In this document: positions 36,580 through 51,098 of the stretch, piece by piece
Position numbering within the stretch: the stretch's first letter is position 1
Layout of the letters: every line of letters starts with the position of its first letter
Source: Octopus vulgaris
Taxonomy: Eukaryota
Reading direction: 5' to 3'
Length of the DNA: 64,000 nucleotides
Assembly (NCBI GenBank): GCA_951406725.2
Contig: OX597814.1
Coordinates: 105,586,001-105,650,000 of the forward strand
The notes under the pieces: generated by a model
What the model saw: only the letters and a program-made list of their open reading frames with translations
Told to the model about the DNA's origin: nothing
The model's database searches: none
Made by a program: the position numbers and the translations under genes

Positions 36580-38368
36580 ATATATATATATATATATATA
36601 TATACCAATTAAGGACTGAACACGAAAAAGTGGACAGTCAACATGCTAGATATAGACGTCAAATCGCCATTCTCCACAAAAAGTCTATGTTCTCAGATCA
36701 AACTCAACACAAAACCAAAACAATTAACAAGTGAAAAATATACGAAATATATATATATATAGCGAGAAGTTGAGATTATAAGAGATAATGGTGTCATTGA
36801 GACCCAAAGGTGTCAGGTAATGCTGAATAAGTGTTATAGACAGACCATAGTTAAGTTCCAGATTCGGTAATATTGCGAATAAAGGGTTCAACGTTGGTTC
36901 TATCTATCTATGAATGCTCTAATATATATACAGCCTTGGTTTTTTATCTTATTACGCAAAAAATTCTTAATTATATATATATGTAATTGGTAATGCATTT
37001 TCGTACTCCACTCACTGCAGTCTTTATTAATGAGAAGTCATTGTAGTTTGCAATCAGATATTCCATTTTTCTTTGCCATCCCTAGACAAGTTGAAAGGGC
37101 GGGGGGTGGGGGACGATGAGAGAAAAAAAAACAAAAAAAAGCCAAAATTGTGAATTAACCCTGCCGTTATATCGGATCTCGCACTTTTGTGTGAAACGCT
37201 GCATCAGGGTTATCTTACTTCGATAATATCAATGTCATGAATGGGACTTTTAATTAAACAAACTTTGTAGATTCCCCCTTCCTACCATGCCTCCATAGCT
37301 GAGATATGGGAGTGGAAGTATGAAGGAAACGTTAGCGAAAGCAAAACACACACACACACACGCATTTATGACCTTTTACCAAATATTTGCCTCGAGCCTT
37401 TTTCATTGTTTTTCTTGAGAATTAGTGGTGGTGGTGGTGGAAAAGAACACCGAAGAAATATTCAGAACCATTTTTACCATTTTTACACGTCGATGTCGTT
37501 CATTCTTCCAAGTTTTTTTTTAGGTTTACTAGGGATTCCATAACCATGACAGTAAAACCCTAAATAAAGGGTTCATAAACACGCATACATACAGAGCCTC
37601 TCTCTCCACCCCTCTCTCTCCACCCCTCTCTCTCTCCTTTTCTTTCTTCTCCCTCTCTCTCTAACAAACAGATGTTTCACGTCGTTGATGCAGACTCGCA
37701 TAAATTGATACGTATATCCCGATAAACCTTGTGGGGGAGGGGGAGGGAATAGATTATTTCAACATACATACCCACATACATACATACGCATGTACATCGA
37801 TACACACATACGTACACGCGTATACACATACACACGTGCGTGCATACTTACACACACGCAAACATGCATACATAACCCCTCCCCCCACATTCATTAAGAA
37901 AGAACAGCTGCAGGAATACGAAGCATAATTAAGCTTGCTGCTCTATTTCCCCATTTCCTATATTAATGGCGAGCCACCATTCCATGGCAAATTCTACACA
38001 TAAAACGGAAACCCTAGTCCGCCTCTGCTAAGTTTGAATCACGTTTGAAGTCCATTTACCTAATTTATGGCGTTAATAACCTTTTAGAAAGGTATAAATA
38101 GTCTGCCTACTATCGCTACCGTTTTCTGTATAAATGGCTTAGAGCCCCTTCATGACAGAATTTGTAGGGCTCTGGCGTTTTCTGAAGTTTAGATACTTAC
38201 CGTTACTTTCTGATTGGTAGTTGCTTTTTGTTTTGTTTTTTTAAAGTTAACCTTGCTGTTATTTTTAGGGAATCAATAAAATGAAGAATAGATTGGCATT
38301 GGTTCGGATGTCGGCATCCCTCTCACAAAAATGTGACACCTTGATCTAAAATGTAAGAGACCTTGAAA

Positions 38369-38537
38369 GGCGCATGCGTGGCTGTGTAGTGAGAAGCTTA
38401 CTTTGCAAACTACATGGTTCCGGTTTCAGTCCTTCTGCATGGCACCTTGGACAAGTGTCTTCTACTATAGCCTTGGGCTGACCGAAACCTTCTTAGTGGA
38501 TTTCGAAGACGCAAATGTGTGTGTGTGCGCGCGTGCA

Positions 38538-38573
<36 letters not shown>

Positions 38574-38770
38574 GTGTGTGTTTGTCCTTCACAGCCGCTT
38601 GACAACTGGTAATCGTTTGCTTACGTTCTTGGTAACTTAGCGATACGGAAAGGAAACCGTACCAGGTTTAAAAAAGATAGTACTGGGGTCGGGTCTTCAA
38701 GGTGGTGCCCCAGCATGGCCGCAATCTAATGACTAAAAATATGTAAAAATAAAAGAAGAATAAAAGAAGA
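38369..38770 (+). mobile_element. SINE family A (older subfamily)
   Basis: Head, core and tail are all recognisable. Confidence 0.85.
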
Positions 38771-38789
38771 AATTGTAATAGAAATACCC

Positions 38790-39435
38790 ATCAACAGGAA
38801 AGTTGAAAAACTTTTATATATTTCGGGTGAAAAGTCCCATTTTTCGGAAGAATTCAGTCAAAGAAATGTGTACTTATTAACACACTCCCCAAACTGAAAC
38901 AGTGTCACTGCCCAACTGGCCTTGGCGGCTGTCCAAATGGCACAGTCTATGTGGACACACATTTCTTTGCTGTATTCTTCTGAAGATGCCATTTTATTCT
39001 TTTACTCTTTTACTTGTTTCAGTCATTTGACTGCGGCCATGCTGGAGCACCGCCTTTAGCCGAGCAAATCGACCCCGAGACTTAGTCTTTGTAAGCCCAG
39101 TACGTATTCTATCGGTCTCTTTTGCCGAACCGCTAAGTGACGGGGACGTAAACACACCAGCATCGGTTGTCAAGCAATGCTAGAGGGACAAACACGGACA
39201 CACAAACATATACACACACATACATATATACGACAGGCTTCTTTCAGTTTCCATCTACCAAATCCACTCACAAGGCTTTGGTCAGCCCGAGGCTATAGCA
39301 GAAGACACTTGCCCAAGATGCCACGCAGTGGGACTGAACCCGGAGCCATGTGGTTCGTTAGCAAGCTACTTACCACACAGCCACTCCTGCGCCATTTGCT
39401 TTCGAAATATTAAAAAAAATTTTCAGTCTTCCGTT
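38790..39435. mobile_element. Degenerate PLE-like fold-back insertion, family 4, split by a SINE
   Basis: 38800-38870 is an imperfect inverted copy of 38958-38995 plus 39394-39432; hammerhead-like CTGAAGA..CGAAA. Confidence 0.4.
38996..39393 (-). mobile_element. SINE family A, full length and apparently young
   Basis: Complete reverse-complement copy; possible TSD (GCC)ATTT. Confidence 0.93.
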
Positions 39436-39448
39436 CTACAGTTTTAAA

Positions 39449-39580
39449 CTGGTGCTTATTTTATCGACCCTGAAAGGATTAAAAGCAAAGTCAACATCAG
39501 CGGAAGTTGAACGCAGAATGTGGAGACGGACGAAATGCCGTTCGTCCGGCGTGCTAACGACTCTGCCAGCTCGCCGCCTA
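39449..39580 (-). mobile_element. SINE family B, 5' part
   Basis: Reverse complement of AGGCGGCGAGCTGGCAGAGTCGTTAGCACGCCGG..GGTCGATAAAATAAG. Confidence 0.85.
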
Positions 39581-40131
39581 GTGAGGATGATGATGATGAT
39601 GATGTATAAAAATCTTGTTTATAAGGGCTGAAAAACTTCACTTAACTACAAACAATCAACAAATATGAAGATGAAAAAATAAACTGGAAGCGGGCAAGGG
39701 GCAGGGTGAGGTTGTAAGATAACAATAAACCTTTCGTTGGAACCTTCCAGTTTATCTTTGTCATCATTTGTACTCCCTATTTAAGGCATTCACTGACTTC
39801 TTAATCTATTACACAAATTTAACAATAAACTCTGGGGTCACAAGTGCAATGCCCCAGGTTCACTTCCAGTGGAAAGATTACGTGACAAGAAATCTGATAT
39901 CTTGCTTTGGTCCTCCATGCCTTTTTCTCTCATTTTTTATGTTTTGTTTTTCTTTAACCGTTTTGTTTGTTTTCTTTTTTTAATTTGCCTGTGTCGAGTG
40001 TCCAAATAATTACATGTACAGAAATCTGCTCCCTCGTGCAATCAGAACAGTTGCAGGTGCACAAATGACACGTCACGTATTATATATATATACATACGCA
40101 AACCTTTGTACGTATGCACATATACATACCC

Positions 40132-40165
<34 letters not shown>

Positions 40166-40226
40166 CAGAAAGGTAGATAGATACACGTCTACATCTCTCT
40201 CTCTCTCTCTCTTTCTTACTCTGCAT

Positions 40227-40265
<39 letters not shown>

Positions 40266-40341
40266 ATTTATATGAGAGAGAGGGAAACAGAAAAAATAGA
40301 TAAATACATGTCTACATCTCTCTCTCTCTCTCTCTGCATAC

Positions 40342-40392
<51 letters not shown>

Positions 40393-40671
40393 GGCGATAG
40401 GATAACGTAATTATTTTGATTAACAGAAGACCTTAACACTATTCTAAAAGAAATCTGCCAATTACCGCACTCGTTTTGTTGTGACATTAGGGAGAATGGT
40501 GACAGTGGTGTTAAAGGCAATGGTGCCGGGGTGGAAAATAGCTACCCATTATCTACCCGTATCTCTTACCCCCATTGCCTGCATGAATGCAAAATACAAA
40601 CTAGATGTTTACAATGTCAGTATGCATGCAAGTATGAATGTATGTATATCTATCGAATTTACAAACACACA

Positions 40672-41040
40672 GCAGGAGTGGCTTGCTAACCAACCACATG
40701 GTTCCGGGTTCAGTCCCACTGCGTGGCATCATGGGTAAGTTTCTTCTCCTATAGCCCCGGGCCGACCAATGCCTTGTGAGTGGATTTGGTAGACGGAAAC
40801 TGAAAGAAGCCTGTCGTATATATATATATATATATGTGTTTATGTGTCTGTGTTTGTCCCCCTAGCATTGCTTGACAACCGATACTGGTGTGTTTACGTC
40901 CCCGTCACCTAGCGGTTCGGCAAAAGAGACCGATAGAATAAGTACTGGGCTTACAAAGAATAAGTCCCGGGGTCGATTTGCTCGACTAAAGGCGGTGCTC
41001 CAGCATAGCCGCAGTCAAATGACTGAAACAAGTAAAAAAA
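40672..41040 (+). mobile_element. SINE family A
   Basis: Near-complete copy with a small deletion in the head. Confidence 0.92.
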
Positions 41041-41120
41041 ATTATATATATATTTTCTCGCTCGCGCACCCCCTACACACACGTGTATTCAACTACCCCC
41101 ACACTGTGTGTTCATCTATG

Positions 41121-41328
41121 AGCGCGCCGGGCGAAATGCTTTGCGGTATTTCGTCTGCCGCTACGTTCTGAGTTCAAATTCCGCCGAGGTCGACTTTGCC
41201 TTTCATCCTTTCGGGGTCGATAAATAAAGTACCATAAACGCACTGGGGTCGATGTAATCGACTTAATACCTATGTCTGTCCTTGTTTGTCCCCTCTGTGT
41301 TTAGCCCCTTGTGGGTAGTAAAGAAATA
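41121..41328 (+). mobile_element. SINE family B monomer (tail type X)
   Basis: Ends TGTGTTTAGCCCCTTGTGGGTAGTAAAGAAATA. Confidence 0.9.
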
Positions 41329-42224
41329 TATAATCCGTCGCTTTGTTCTCCATGCGTTTTCCTTTTTTGTACGATTCGTTTTGTGTTACCCCAGTGTTTT
41401 TATTAAAGTGGCTTCATTCATTGCTCAAATTTGCTGTACTTTTCGTGTAGGCGTGAATGTGTGCGGGTATATATATACAACCCTGAATGAATGCATTTAC
41501 ACATGTTCATTTATGATTTCTTTCACAAAATCACATTCACGTGTGGCTGGAATAAGCAAAAAGGCAAAAAAGAAAATGTTCATAATATGAAAATAAATTT
41601 ATTATCAAACACACACACACACACACACAAACAAACACACGTGTGCCATATTTTAATAAAGGCTTGCCGTCATAAGCACACCAGCAACCTGCTTACGTCA
41701 CAATGTACTTAGTGACACGAGTGCATAAATGTCAAGAAGCGATTGGCGTTCTGTTAGATGGCTTTCTGGTCTAACTGGCAATAATAGCACAAAGCTTGTT
41801 TCGTCACTCCCAACTTACTTCAAGCGGTGGGTTTTAAATATACAATTGTTGGCTTGTTTTCCTATTTTTATTCACACACTCACATACACACAATACAGGA
41901 TGCAGCAAAAGAAAGAAAAATACCGTACTAAATTTTAAAGCTTGGCAAACGTTACAACGTCGAAAAGGTGTTGCATTCGGACCCAACCAAAGCTAAGACA
42001 AAATGGTAAAACATTAGCTTCAGGAAGATATCATTAATACTTGCCTAACGTCCCTAGCACTATATCAGTAGCCGTATAAAATATGGAAGGTATTTCTGCC
42101 GCATTTTATATAATTATATTTATTTTATAATTCGCCGATATTATCCTAGTCGCATTCTAGAAATTCCGATTTTGTGGAATTTTAAGAATAAGACAAACAC
42201 TCATCAGTATGAGATTCAACTGTG

Positions 42225-42523
42225 AGGCATCGAGCTGGCAGAATCGTTAGAAGGCCAGGCAGTATGTGTAGCGATATTTTGTTTGTGTTTACGTCCTGGA
42301 TCGAGTCTGTGATGATGGACCACGAAGTGTGGCGGGTGGACTTTGTTGATGCGGTTCAGATTGGAACCCGGTCATAATAAATAATAATAAATTACGTTCT
42401 GAGTTCAAATTCCACCGAGGTCGACTTTGCCATTCAACCTTTGGATATCGATAAAATAAGTATCAGTCGAGTAATCTATCCCTTCTCCGCAATTGCTGGC
42501 CTTGTGCCAGAATTTGAACCAAT
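42225..42523 (+). mobile_element. SINE family B monomer interrupted by a LINE tail
   Basis: Head at 42225-42294; the SINE resumes at 42392. Confidence 0.8.
42295..42391 (+). mobile_element. RTE-like LINE extreme 3' fragment
   Basis: TSD TTACGT (42289-42294 and 42392-42397); encodes ..SVMMDHEVWRVDFVDAVQIGTRS* followed by (TAA)n. Confidence 0.6.
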
Positions 42524-42641
42524 ATGATGCTCACCTGTGGATTGAACTTAAGACCGTTTTACCTGCAACCTTACCCTCGCCCAACTTACCTATCTCTACG
42601 AGGTGCGAACAAATTCCTAAATTTAGTAATATACTTACTGC

Positions 42642-42980
42642 ATATTCTTTTCTACTCTTGGCACAAGGCCCGAAATTTGATGGGAGGGGCCAGTCGATTA
42701 CACCGACCCCAGTACGCAACTGATACTTATTTTATCGAACCCCGAAAAGATGAAAGGCAAAGTCGACCTCGGCGGAATTTGAACTCAGAACGTAAAGACA
42801 GACGAAATTAAATAATCTTTTCTACTCTAGGTACAAGGCCTGAAATTTTGAGGAAGGGAGCCAGTCGGTTAAATCGACCCCAGTACGCAACTGGTGCTTA
42901 ATTTATCAACTCCGAAAGGATGAAAGGCAAAGTCGACCTCGGCGAAATTTGAACTCAGACAGTAAGGACAGACGAATACT
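42642..42980 (-). mobile_element. Two tandem SINE B second modules (tail Y)
   Basis: 42642-42809 and 42814-42980 both begin at the ATT(T)CGTCTGTC..GTTC boundary and end CCTTGT(G/A)CC..GAGTAGAAAAGA. Confidence 0.88.
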
Positions 42981-43061
42981 TATTATATATTATAATAAGA
43001 ATATTTTAACGTCTACCAAACAAGTCATATCCCATAAAGACTGCATTTAGAATATTAAACA

Positions 43062-43268
43062 GGGTGGTGAGCTGACAGAACCGTTAGTACGCCGAGCAAA
43101 AGGCTTAGCGGTGTTTTGTCCGTCTTCATGTTCTGAGTTCAAATTTCGCCGAGGTTGACTTTGCCTTTCGGGGTCGATAAAATAAGTACCATTTGAACGC
43201 TTAGGTTCGATGTAATCGATTTACCCGCCTCCCCAGATATTGCTGTCCTTGTGCTAAAATTTGAAAGC
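43062..43268 (+). mobile_element. SINE family B monomer (tail Y)
   Basis: Head, central domain and CCTTGTGCTAAAATTTGAAA tail. Confidence 0.85.
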
Positions 43269-44519
43269 AGAATTAAATGTATTAAATGATGCTCAAGGTT
43301 TAGAAACCCGTTTCTGTCTCTCCGGGTGAGCACACTCCGGGGTGTCACCTAACAATTACTGAACATCTTATTTTTCCGAGAGATAAGTGTCGAGGTTGTC
43401 ACGATTGGAACGCTTTTGAAATATTCGTCAGTTTTGTTAGATTTTGAAGTTGCATGCACTTACATTGAGAAATCTCACTTGACACACACACATATATATA
43501 TGTGCATGTATGTTTGTGTGTGTATATATATATATATATATACTTATGTTCTGTTTGAAGCACGCGCGCGAGTGTCTGCTTGCGTGTATATATATGTAGG
43601 CGTGAATGTATGTATATATGCGTGTGTGTGTGTGTGTGCGTGCGATGCATGCACGTGTATAGATTTATAAATGTCTGTGTGTCGCCGTATAATTATATGT
43701 TAATATTCGTTGGGCACGCTTTTGCTGTCACGTGTAAACATGTATATCGACAATTAAATTCTATACATATACGCTCATATATATTATATATATTATATAT
43801 ACATTCTGTAGCTGCGTACGCGCTAACGCACGCCTACAAACAGGGACGAACGCTCGCACTAACGCACTCCCACCCTCCCACCGCACGCATCGCCACTTGT
43901 GCGCGTATATAATTATATTTCACAAGAAGAAACACAATTTCTTCTCTGGAATCAGGGAAGAATGGTTTGCCAATTTCTGAGAATATCAGCTTAATTAAAG
44001 AATTTCGATTGAGGTTAAAACGATTCCACTCTGTTCTTTCACCTCCCCGTGACCTCTTTTCTCCATGTAGAAGCCATGGCTTTCCTTACCAATATATTTC
44101 TTTAATTGCTTCTTCAAGAACTCTCCAGGTCTCTCTTAAAGATTCTTGTATTACCAATAAGAATCCTAATCTGAAGTGCTGTCATTTTCCAAATCCACAA
44201 ATTATACAACAATTAGACATGATCTTTAAAATATTCTTTTTCGGTTTTTTTTTTACCATTAAATTTACCATAAAAGACAAATCACTCTCTCCTACAGTCA
44301 GGAACATTCTAAGTTGCCATTCTAGCCGAGTTGTCTGTGTCACAGATTTTCTCTCTCTGCTACTGTCTCGCAGTACAAAATTTATTTTGAAAATTTTTTA
44401 AACATACACATTACTTTGTGTGTTTGTGTGTGTGATATGAAAAAGTTCTTGGCTGAAATGCCAAAGGAACGCCTTTCCGGTGGGAAACTTAAAGTATGGG
44501 ATAATTGAACCAAATTTGA

Positions 44520-44712
44520 TGGTTTCAAACCTCGGCACGAGGCCAGCAACTTTTAAGGGTATGCATAAGACGACCGTTAAACCTCGTACTTGACTGGTAC
44601 TTTATTTTATCGATCCTGTAAGGATGACAAGCAGAGATAATTTGGGCGAGATTTAGAATGCAAAGACTCCCCAAGAAATTCGTTCGCCACACTAACAATT
44701 CCGAAAGGTGAT
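44520..44712 (-). mobile_element. Degenerate SINE B monomer
   Basis: Reverse complement of GATCGATAAAATAAAGTACCAGTCAAGTAC..GCTGGCCTCGTGCC..TTTGAAACC. Confidence 0.6.
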
Positions 44713-44721
44713 AATAATAGT

Positions 44722-45112
44722 AATCCTTTCTACTATAGGCACAAGACCTGAAATTTGTGGGGAGGGAACTGGTCGAATACATCGAACCCCAGTGTTTCAG
44801 TGGTACTTACTTTATCAACCCTGAAAAGTAAAGTCCACGTCTGCGGAATTTGAATTCAGAACTTAGCGGCGGCCAAAAAACCTATTTCTTTACTACCCAC
44901 AAGGGGCTAAACACAGAGAGGACAAACAAGAACAGAGGAAACGGATTAAGTCGATTACATCGACCCCAGTGCGTAACTGGTACTTAATTAATCGACCCCG
45001 AAAGAATGAAAGGCAAAGTCGACCTTGGCGGAATTTGAGCTCAGAACGTAACGGCAGACGAAATACCGTTAAGCATTTCGCCCGGCGCGCTAACGTGTCT
45101 GCCAGCTCGACC
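44722..45112 (-). mobile_element. SINE family B dimer
   Basis: Two-module structure; the second module is more diverged than the first. Confidence 0.88.
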
Positions 45113-45740
45113 TATTCAGTTAATTTGATGGAGTTAATCCAGATATCCTTTCACGTTATAAGCTTTAATCTCGCTCACAATTTATGTATGACATTCCCAG
45201 TTCCATGGATCTTCGCTGGATCCACAAATATTGTCGAGATACAAAGCGAAAATAGTTTAGGAAGATGGAATGAAAACTAAACTAAATCAAATATAGAATA
45301 AATCTAAAAGAAACGAGATTGTTTTGGTTGAACTCCAACTTGTAACAACTGTGTTAGTAAATGTTGACATTTTAGAATGTTTTAGCGAACAGCGGCGAAT
45401 TGTGTTCAGCTCCGTCTTTCACGTAATTGTGGTATTGAACAGAGTTCATTGTGGCTTCGACCTTTAATCGAAGCCCACCCGCACCCCCAGCTCTCATTCG
45501 CCAAAAGAACAGAATTTCATTGGAAACAGACTCTTCTCAGTTTTTTTTCTTTTTAAACAATTATACAAAAATATACCAAAAGGTAAATTGCTTCGGTATT
45601 TTCTCCTCCTTGTGTGTCTATGAGTGTAATGTATGTGTGTGTGCATGGTTCAGCACTTGTTCAGTAGATGCTGCAATCACACACATGTATACATTATGTG
45701 TGTGTGTATACACAGATATAGTCAGTGTATGTATGCGCGC

Positions 45741-45787
<47 letters not shown>

Positions 45788-46676
45788 AACACACAAATAC
45801 ACACTATAATGTGCGTGTGTGAATGTTGTTTAGCCTCTAGTCTATCCTGATTGGATAGACCTAAGATGAAAGGTGTTCCAGTCGTGACATTCCAGTTTTA
45901 TTTTCGTATAAGACATCTTACGACAATATTGTCAACATGCCCTGCTTTGTTTCAGATCATAAGCTGTGATTGTTGAAAGCAATTTGGCTATTATATCTAC
46001 TATATCAAGCGGCCACTCTGAGGCGATCCACTTAGGCTCGCAGGGGTCATGTCGACACCTTTACGTAACCCAACGTACCCTACTGATAGGAATGTCAGGG
46101 ATATTCCTATCTCTAAAAATGGTAAAGGAATGACGGCGACTTCATCTTAATACCTTCTGGTAATTGCAAACATTTTTTAGTGATTCTTTTACACTCTCGG
46201 ATACAAACTTTCCGTGGCCGGAATTACCATTCATCCTTCTTGGGTCAGTGAAACACACTTTTCCCACGCCACAGGCAACTGTGACATGGCTTTGTGCCAA
46301 TGAAGCACTCTTAGCTCTTACTTCAATATATCCGAGACCTATACGTTTACTGGCCTTTTTCATTCGCTGAGTTACACAACATGCATTCAGCCTCGAAAAT
46401 TACCTTCGTTCACATGACTGCTTGGTTGGTCTTGCTGCTTTGAATCTTGGTTTCGGCTTTTGATCAATCCACTGGAGTGCAAGAGGCGGCGGTGGTGGTG
46501 GTGGTAGTGGTAGTAGAAGCGGAAGAGGATAGGTAGGAGAGTGTGAGAGGAAATAGATATAATACCTTTATTGGAATCTAATATAGTCAATGTATGATGA
46601 TGTAATTTAATATTGAGAGTAAAGAACATCCATAAATCCATACATAGGCCAACATACACACACACACACACATACA

Positions 46677-46710
<34 letters not shown>

Positions 46711-46796
46711 CATAATATCATACGTACATGCATCGTTATGAAGTCTACCTTCTCTTCCTCAACGCACATACACACGTTATATGAATGGCGTGTGTG

Positions 46797-46835
<39 letters not shown>

Positions 46836-46955
46836 TCTTTAATTGCTATACCCAGAGGCGGTAGTATGACCTGGAGACTCTCCAAGCCACTCCGGTGACC
46901 TTTCTCGGCTCACTTGCTATTATCTTTCCAGATCCATACACGCACGTCGTTATGT

Positions 46956-46990
<35 letters not shown>

Positions 46991-47798
46991 ATATATGTGG
47001 CATTAGGAAAAGAATTATATCTACATACGAATGCAAAATTTCTAATTTACTTTATATACGGACATGGATATAAAAAAAAATATACTTTTGTGTGTGTGTG
47101 TGTGTGTTTCTATGTATATACCTATGTATATATTGGACATACACAAACAGAGGCGTATTATGAAGATTTGTTTGGCATATACCAGTATTTTTCTTAAAAT
47201 ACAGATTAATTATCATTTATTCAGAAAGTTTTAACACAATCATCAAAATCAATTGTATTGATAATGTTTGGATAATCAATAAGACGGCTAAGGTTGAATA
47301 TTGCACACACACACACACACACACATACACACACACACACACACACACGAGCGGGCGCGCATTCATACATTCTATCTATCTATCTATCTATCTATCTGTC
47401 TGTCTGTCTGTCTGTATGTCTGTCTGTCTGTCTGTCTGTACGTCTGTCTGTCTGTGCATCTCTCTCTCTCTCTATCTGTCTGTCCATCTCTCACTCTATC
47501 TATCTATCCATCCATCCATCTCCCTCTCTCTCTCTCTCTCCCTGTCTACTTACCTATCTTTGTATGTCTTTGTCTGTCTGTCTGTGTGTCTCTCTCTGTC
47601 TATCTATTTCTGCATACGTTATCCATACACAACAGTCACTCTGCCCTCTCTCTCTTTTTCTCTCTCTCTCTCCTCACGCTCACACATACACAGATAAACA
47701 TGCACACACACACGCGCTTAGCTCTTAGAGTTTACATGTAAAACTTTACAATCAGAAGTTGAAGGTAAAATCGGATGAGAGACAAGTGAACTACAATG

Positions 47799-47851
<53 letters not shown>

Positions 47852-48035
47852 ACACACACACATGCACGCACAAAAGAACCCAGCCTACAAGCTTGTAAAC
47901 TCTAAGCTGGCTGCAGCAAATATATTAAAAGATTTGGCTGCGTATATAAGCAATCACTTAGCAACGCACATAGAGAGAGATATGCACATACCTGTACATA
48001 CGTGTATGTATACACCCATCTATCTCTCTATCTAT

Positions 48036-48098
<63 letters not shown>

Positions 48099-48147
48099 AT
48101 ATATATCTATCTTATATATATCTATATTATATATATATCTATCTTTT

Positions 48148-48180
<33 letters not shown>

Positions 48181-48354
48181 ATATAGTGTCGGTGTGCAGG
48201 ACAAGGCAAGAAGGAGCTAAACAGATTTGTATAAAAAGGGATATAGATAAAGCGAAAGAGAAATGAAGCTAAATGTAGTGGGGAGCGGAAGGGAGGAAAG
48301 AAAAGGTCTTGAAAAGAAATAGAGGGAATCTTTCGTTGCCTAGAAGTGCGCGCG

Positions 48355-48385
<31 letters not shown>

Positions 48386-48544
48386 AGCAGACAGAAAGAA
48401 GTGAAGGGTGGGTGGCGGGTAGTGTAATAAGGGTGCATCGTATTGTCTTACACTCATCTATCAGTTGTGCCGTTTGGTTGGCATCTTAAAACTAAAACTA
48501 TTCGACTGTCGGGTATTCTGTTACCACCGCCATCCTCGCCATCG

Positions 48545-48596
<52 letters not shown>

Positions 48597-50039
48597 AAAT
48601 CTGGTCATCAAGTGATGAATGGAACATAGTAAATTTTTCACATAGACACTCACGCGCGCATGCGCACTACATCGCTCGCTCACACTCACACCCACACTCT
48701 CGTCTGTCTGTGTGTTTGGTCGTTCCAGTGTTATTTCAGTCCCACCAACCCAACGGCGACCTTTAACGTCGCCCCCCCCCAACCCGTCTTTCCTTTAAAC
48801 GATCTTATACATATATTCAACCGACTCCATTTCTCCGATCAGAAGACTTCTCTGTCAGCGATCGTTCCATTGCCAAGAGTTGAGTTTGCAATCATTGTCA
48901 TCATCAGCATTGTTGTTGCTGTTGTCGTTGTACTCCTCGTCAAAAGCGTCATCATTTGTAATCTAGATCGTTATCACTACCATCACCACCACCATTGTCA
49001 TCATCATCATTGTTACCGATATCATCTTCGTAGTCGTCGTCCTCTTCCTCCTCCTCATCATCATCATCTTTGTCACCGATATCATCGTCAGCGTCATCAT
49101 TGTCGTCGTCCTCCTTCTCCACTTCCAATTTCGTCATCATCATCATCATCGCCAGCTTCATTGTTCTTATCCCCGTCATCGTTTCCATCATCACTGTCGT
49201 CGCTGGAGTGTACATCACTGTCGTCGCCCATCCTCTACAGGCGCGCATCGCCTCCACTCTCTTTCTCTCAGTTTCATACACACACACAACCCGATGGATA
49301 ATATCTGACTCTGCCACTATCCTTCCTTATCCACGGATCTGGATTCTTTCGCCACGTTTACCTTCTTTCTTTCCTTTGAAGACTTATTCAAGAAGAAAGC
49401 TTTCTTCTTTGACAATTCCCCGTTGTCTTTCTTTAAGATTCCTCACTTTTCCAACATTTTCGGTTCTGCATTCATACATGCAAATACACACACAAACACA
49501 CACATGAATACAGGTACGTGTATACGCTTGTGTATACAGGCACTCATTCGCGCACGCAAATGTATATGAATATATACATACAAGCATATGTATATATATA
49601 TACACAAATGTGAATCAATATTTGTGTTTGCCTGAATGTTCATTTGTATAGAAGTAGAAAATGGACAGAAACGGGCTTTGCGCACGCGCATCAAGTGTTT
49701 AGGCAGTAGTAGGCTTGTGCTAACATGTACAGCATCACAGCTAACCACATAGTAATCACCCATCCTTCTTCCTTCACGTGATACGAATTGACGAATAAGC
49801 GGTGTTTGTACAACATCCATTGACACTGAACTTTCCTTGGAAGTGGATGCCTCACCACTAAGAGCAACATCATCTGCACGATCAGGTTTACTTTTTACAT
49901 ATTTCTAACTAAAACAAATAGATTACTGAGACTTACAAACTCTTAATTCGAATATTGAACATCAATGACATGTATTCAGTTATTTTTCATTTGTCGGTTT
50001 CTCTCTGTATAACACTCACGCACACACATATATATATAT

Positions 50040-50077
<38 letters not shown>

Positions 50078-50898
50078 ATACATATATATCTTTTTCTCTC
50101 TGTATAACACACATACACACATGTACATACATACATGCATATATTTATATATATACAAGCAAATATGTTTGCATATAAGTACACAAACATTAATAAAAAG
50201 ACGTATGTGTGAGTGTTATACATGCATATATGCATATACAAGCATGCACATGTATATATTTCTCGCTTTGTTTCTCTATGTGTATACATGCATTTACATG
50301 AACACATGCACACACACACGCCTGCGTCTGTGCAGAGGGAAGTATCGAATTTTCATTTCAGCGTATTCTTTAACAGATGTTCTTCGTTTGTATACGTGTG
50401 TACGCGTCTGCTTCGGTGTGTATAGGTGCTTACTAGTAACAAGTACAACACACACACAGATACATATATAAACACTGGCGCTGCACTGGTAGTCTTCAAA
50501 TATTTAAGTGTGTCGTCTGTTCGCTCGCGAATAACTTAACAGAACGTTTAGATAGTCTTTATCTGTTGCAGAAGGAACGTCTAGACAGACTCGCTTTGTC
50601 TCAGCCTGCAAAAAAAAATTCTATTCTGTTTTTATCGTTCTGTGTTTTGTATTTTGTTTTTCACGTATGTCTTTTGTTTTTCACATATGCTCGTTGCTGT
50701 AGTGGTCATAACCATGCCTGCTGGTATGTACACACGCACACATACACAAAACACACACATGCACTGGCATCGTGTTGTGCTTTGGAGACCTTGACATCTT
50801 TCTCCTCAGAAAATAACTTCATACACAGAACTGAAAGCCAACACTTGAGTTGTACTGCATCTCTGCCGACTTTACACACACGCACACACACACACATA

Positions 50899-51060
50899 GG
50901 TGCAGGAGTGGCTGTGTCGTAAGAAGCTTGCTTCCCAACCACATGGTTCAGGGTTCAGTCCCCCTGCGTGGCACCTTGGGCAAGGGACTTCTACTATAGC
51001 CTCGGATCGACCAAAGTCTTGTGAATAGATCTGGTTGACGGAAACTGAAAGAAGCCCGTC

Positions 51061-51098
<38 letters not shown>

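Noticed and set aside
42210-42222. 12-nt resemblance to a recalled lophotrochozoan miRNA 5' end (TGAGATTCAACT)
   Set aside because: The match stops after 12 nt and there is no precursor hairpin
48660-49507. His/Ser-rich and acidic ORFs
   Set aside because: Degenerate (CAT/CGT)n repeat; not evidence of coding
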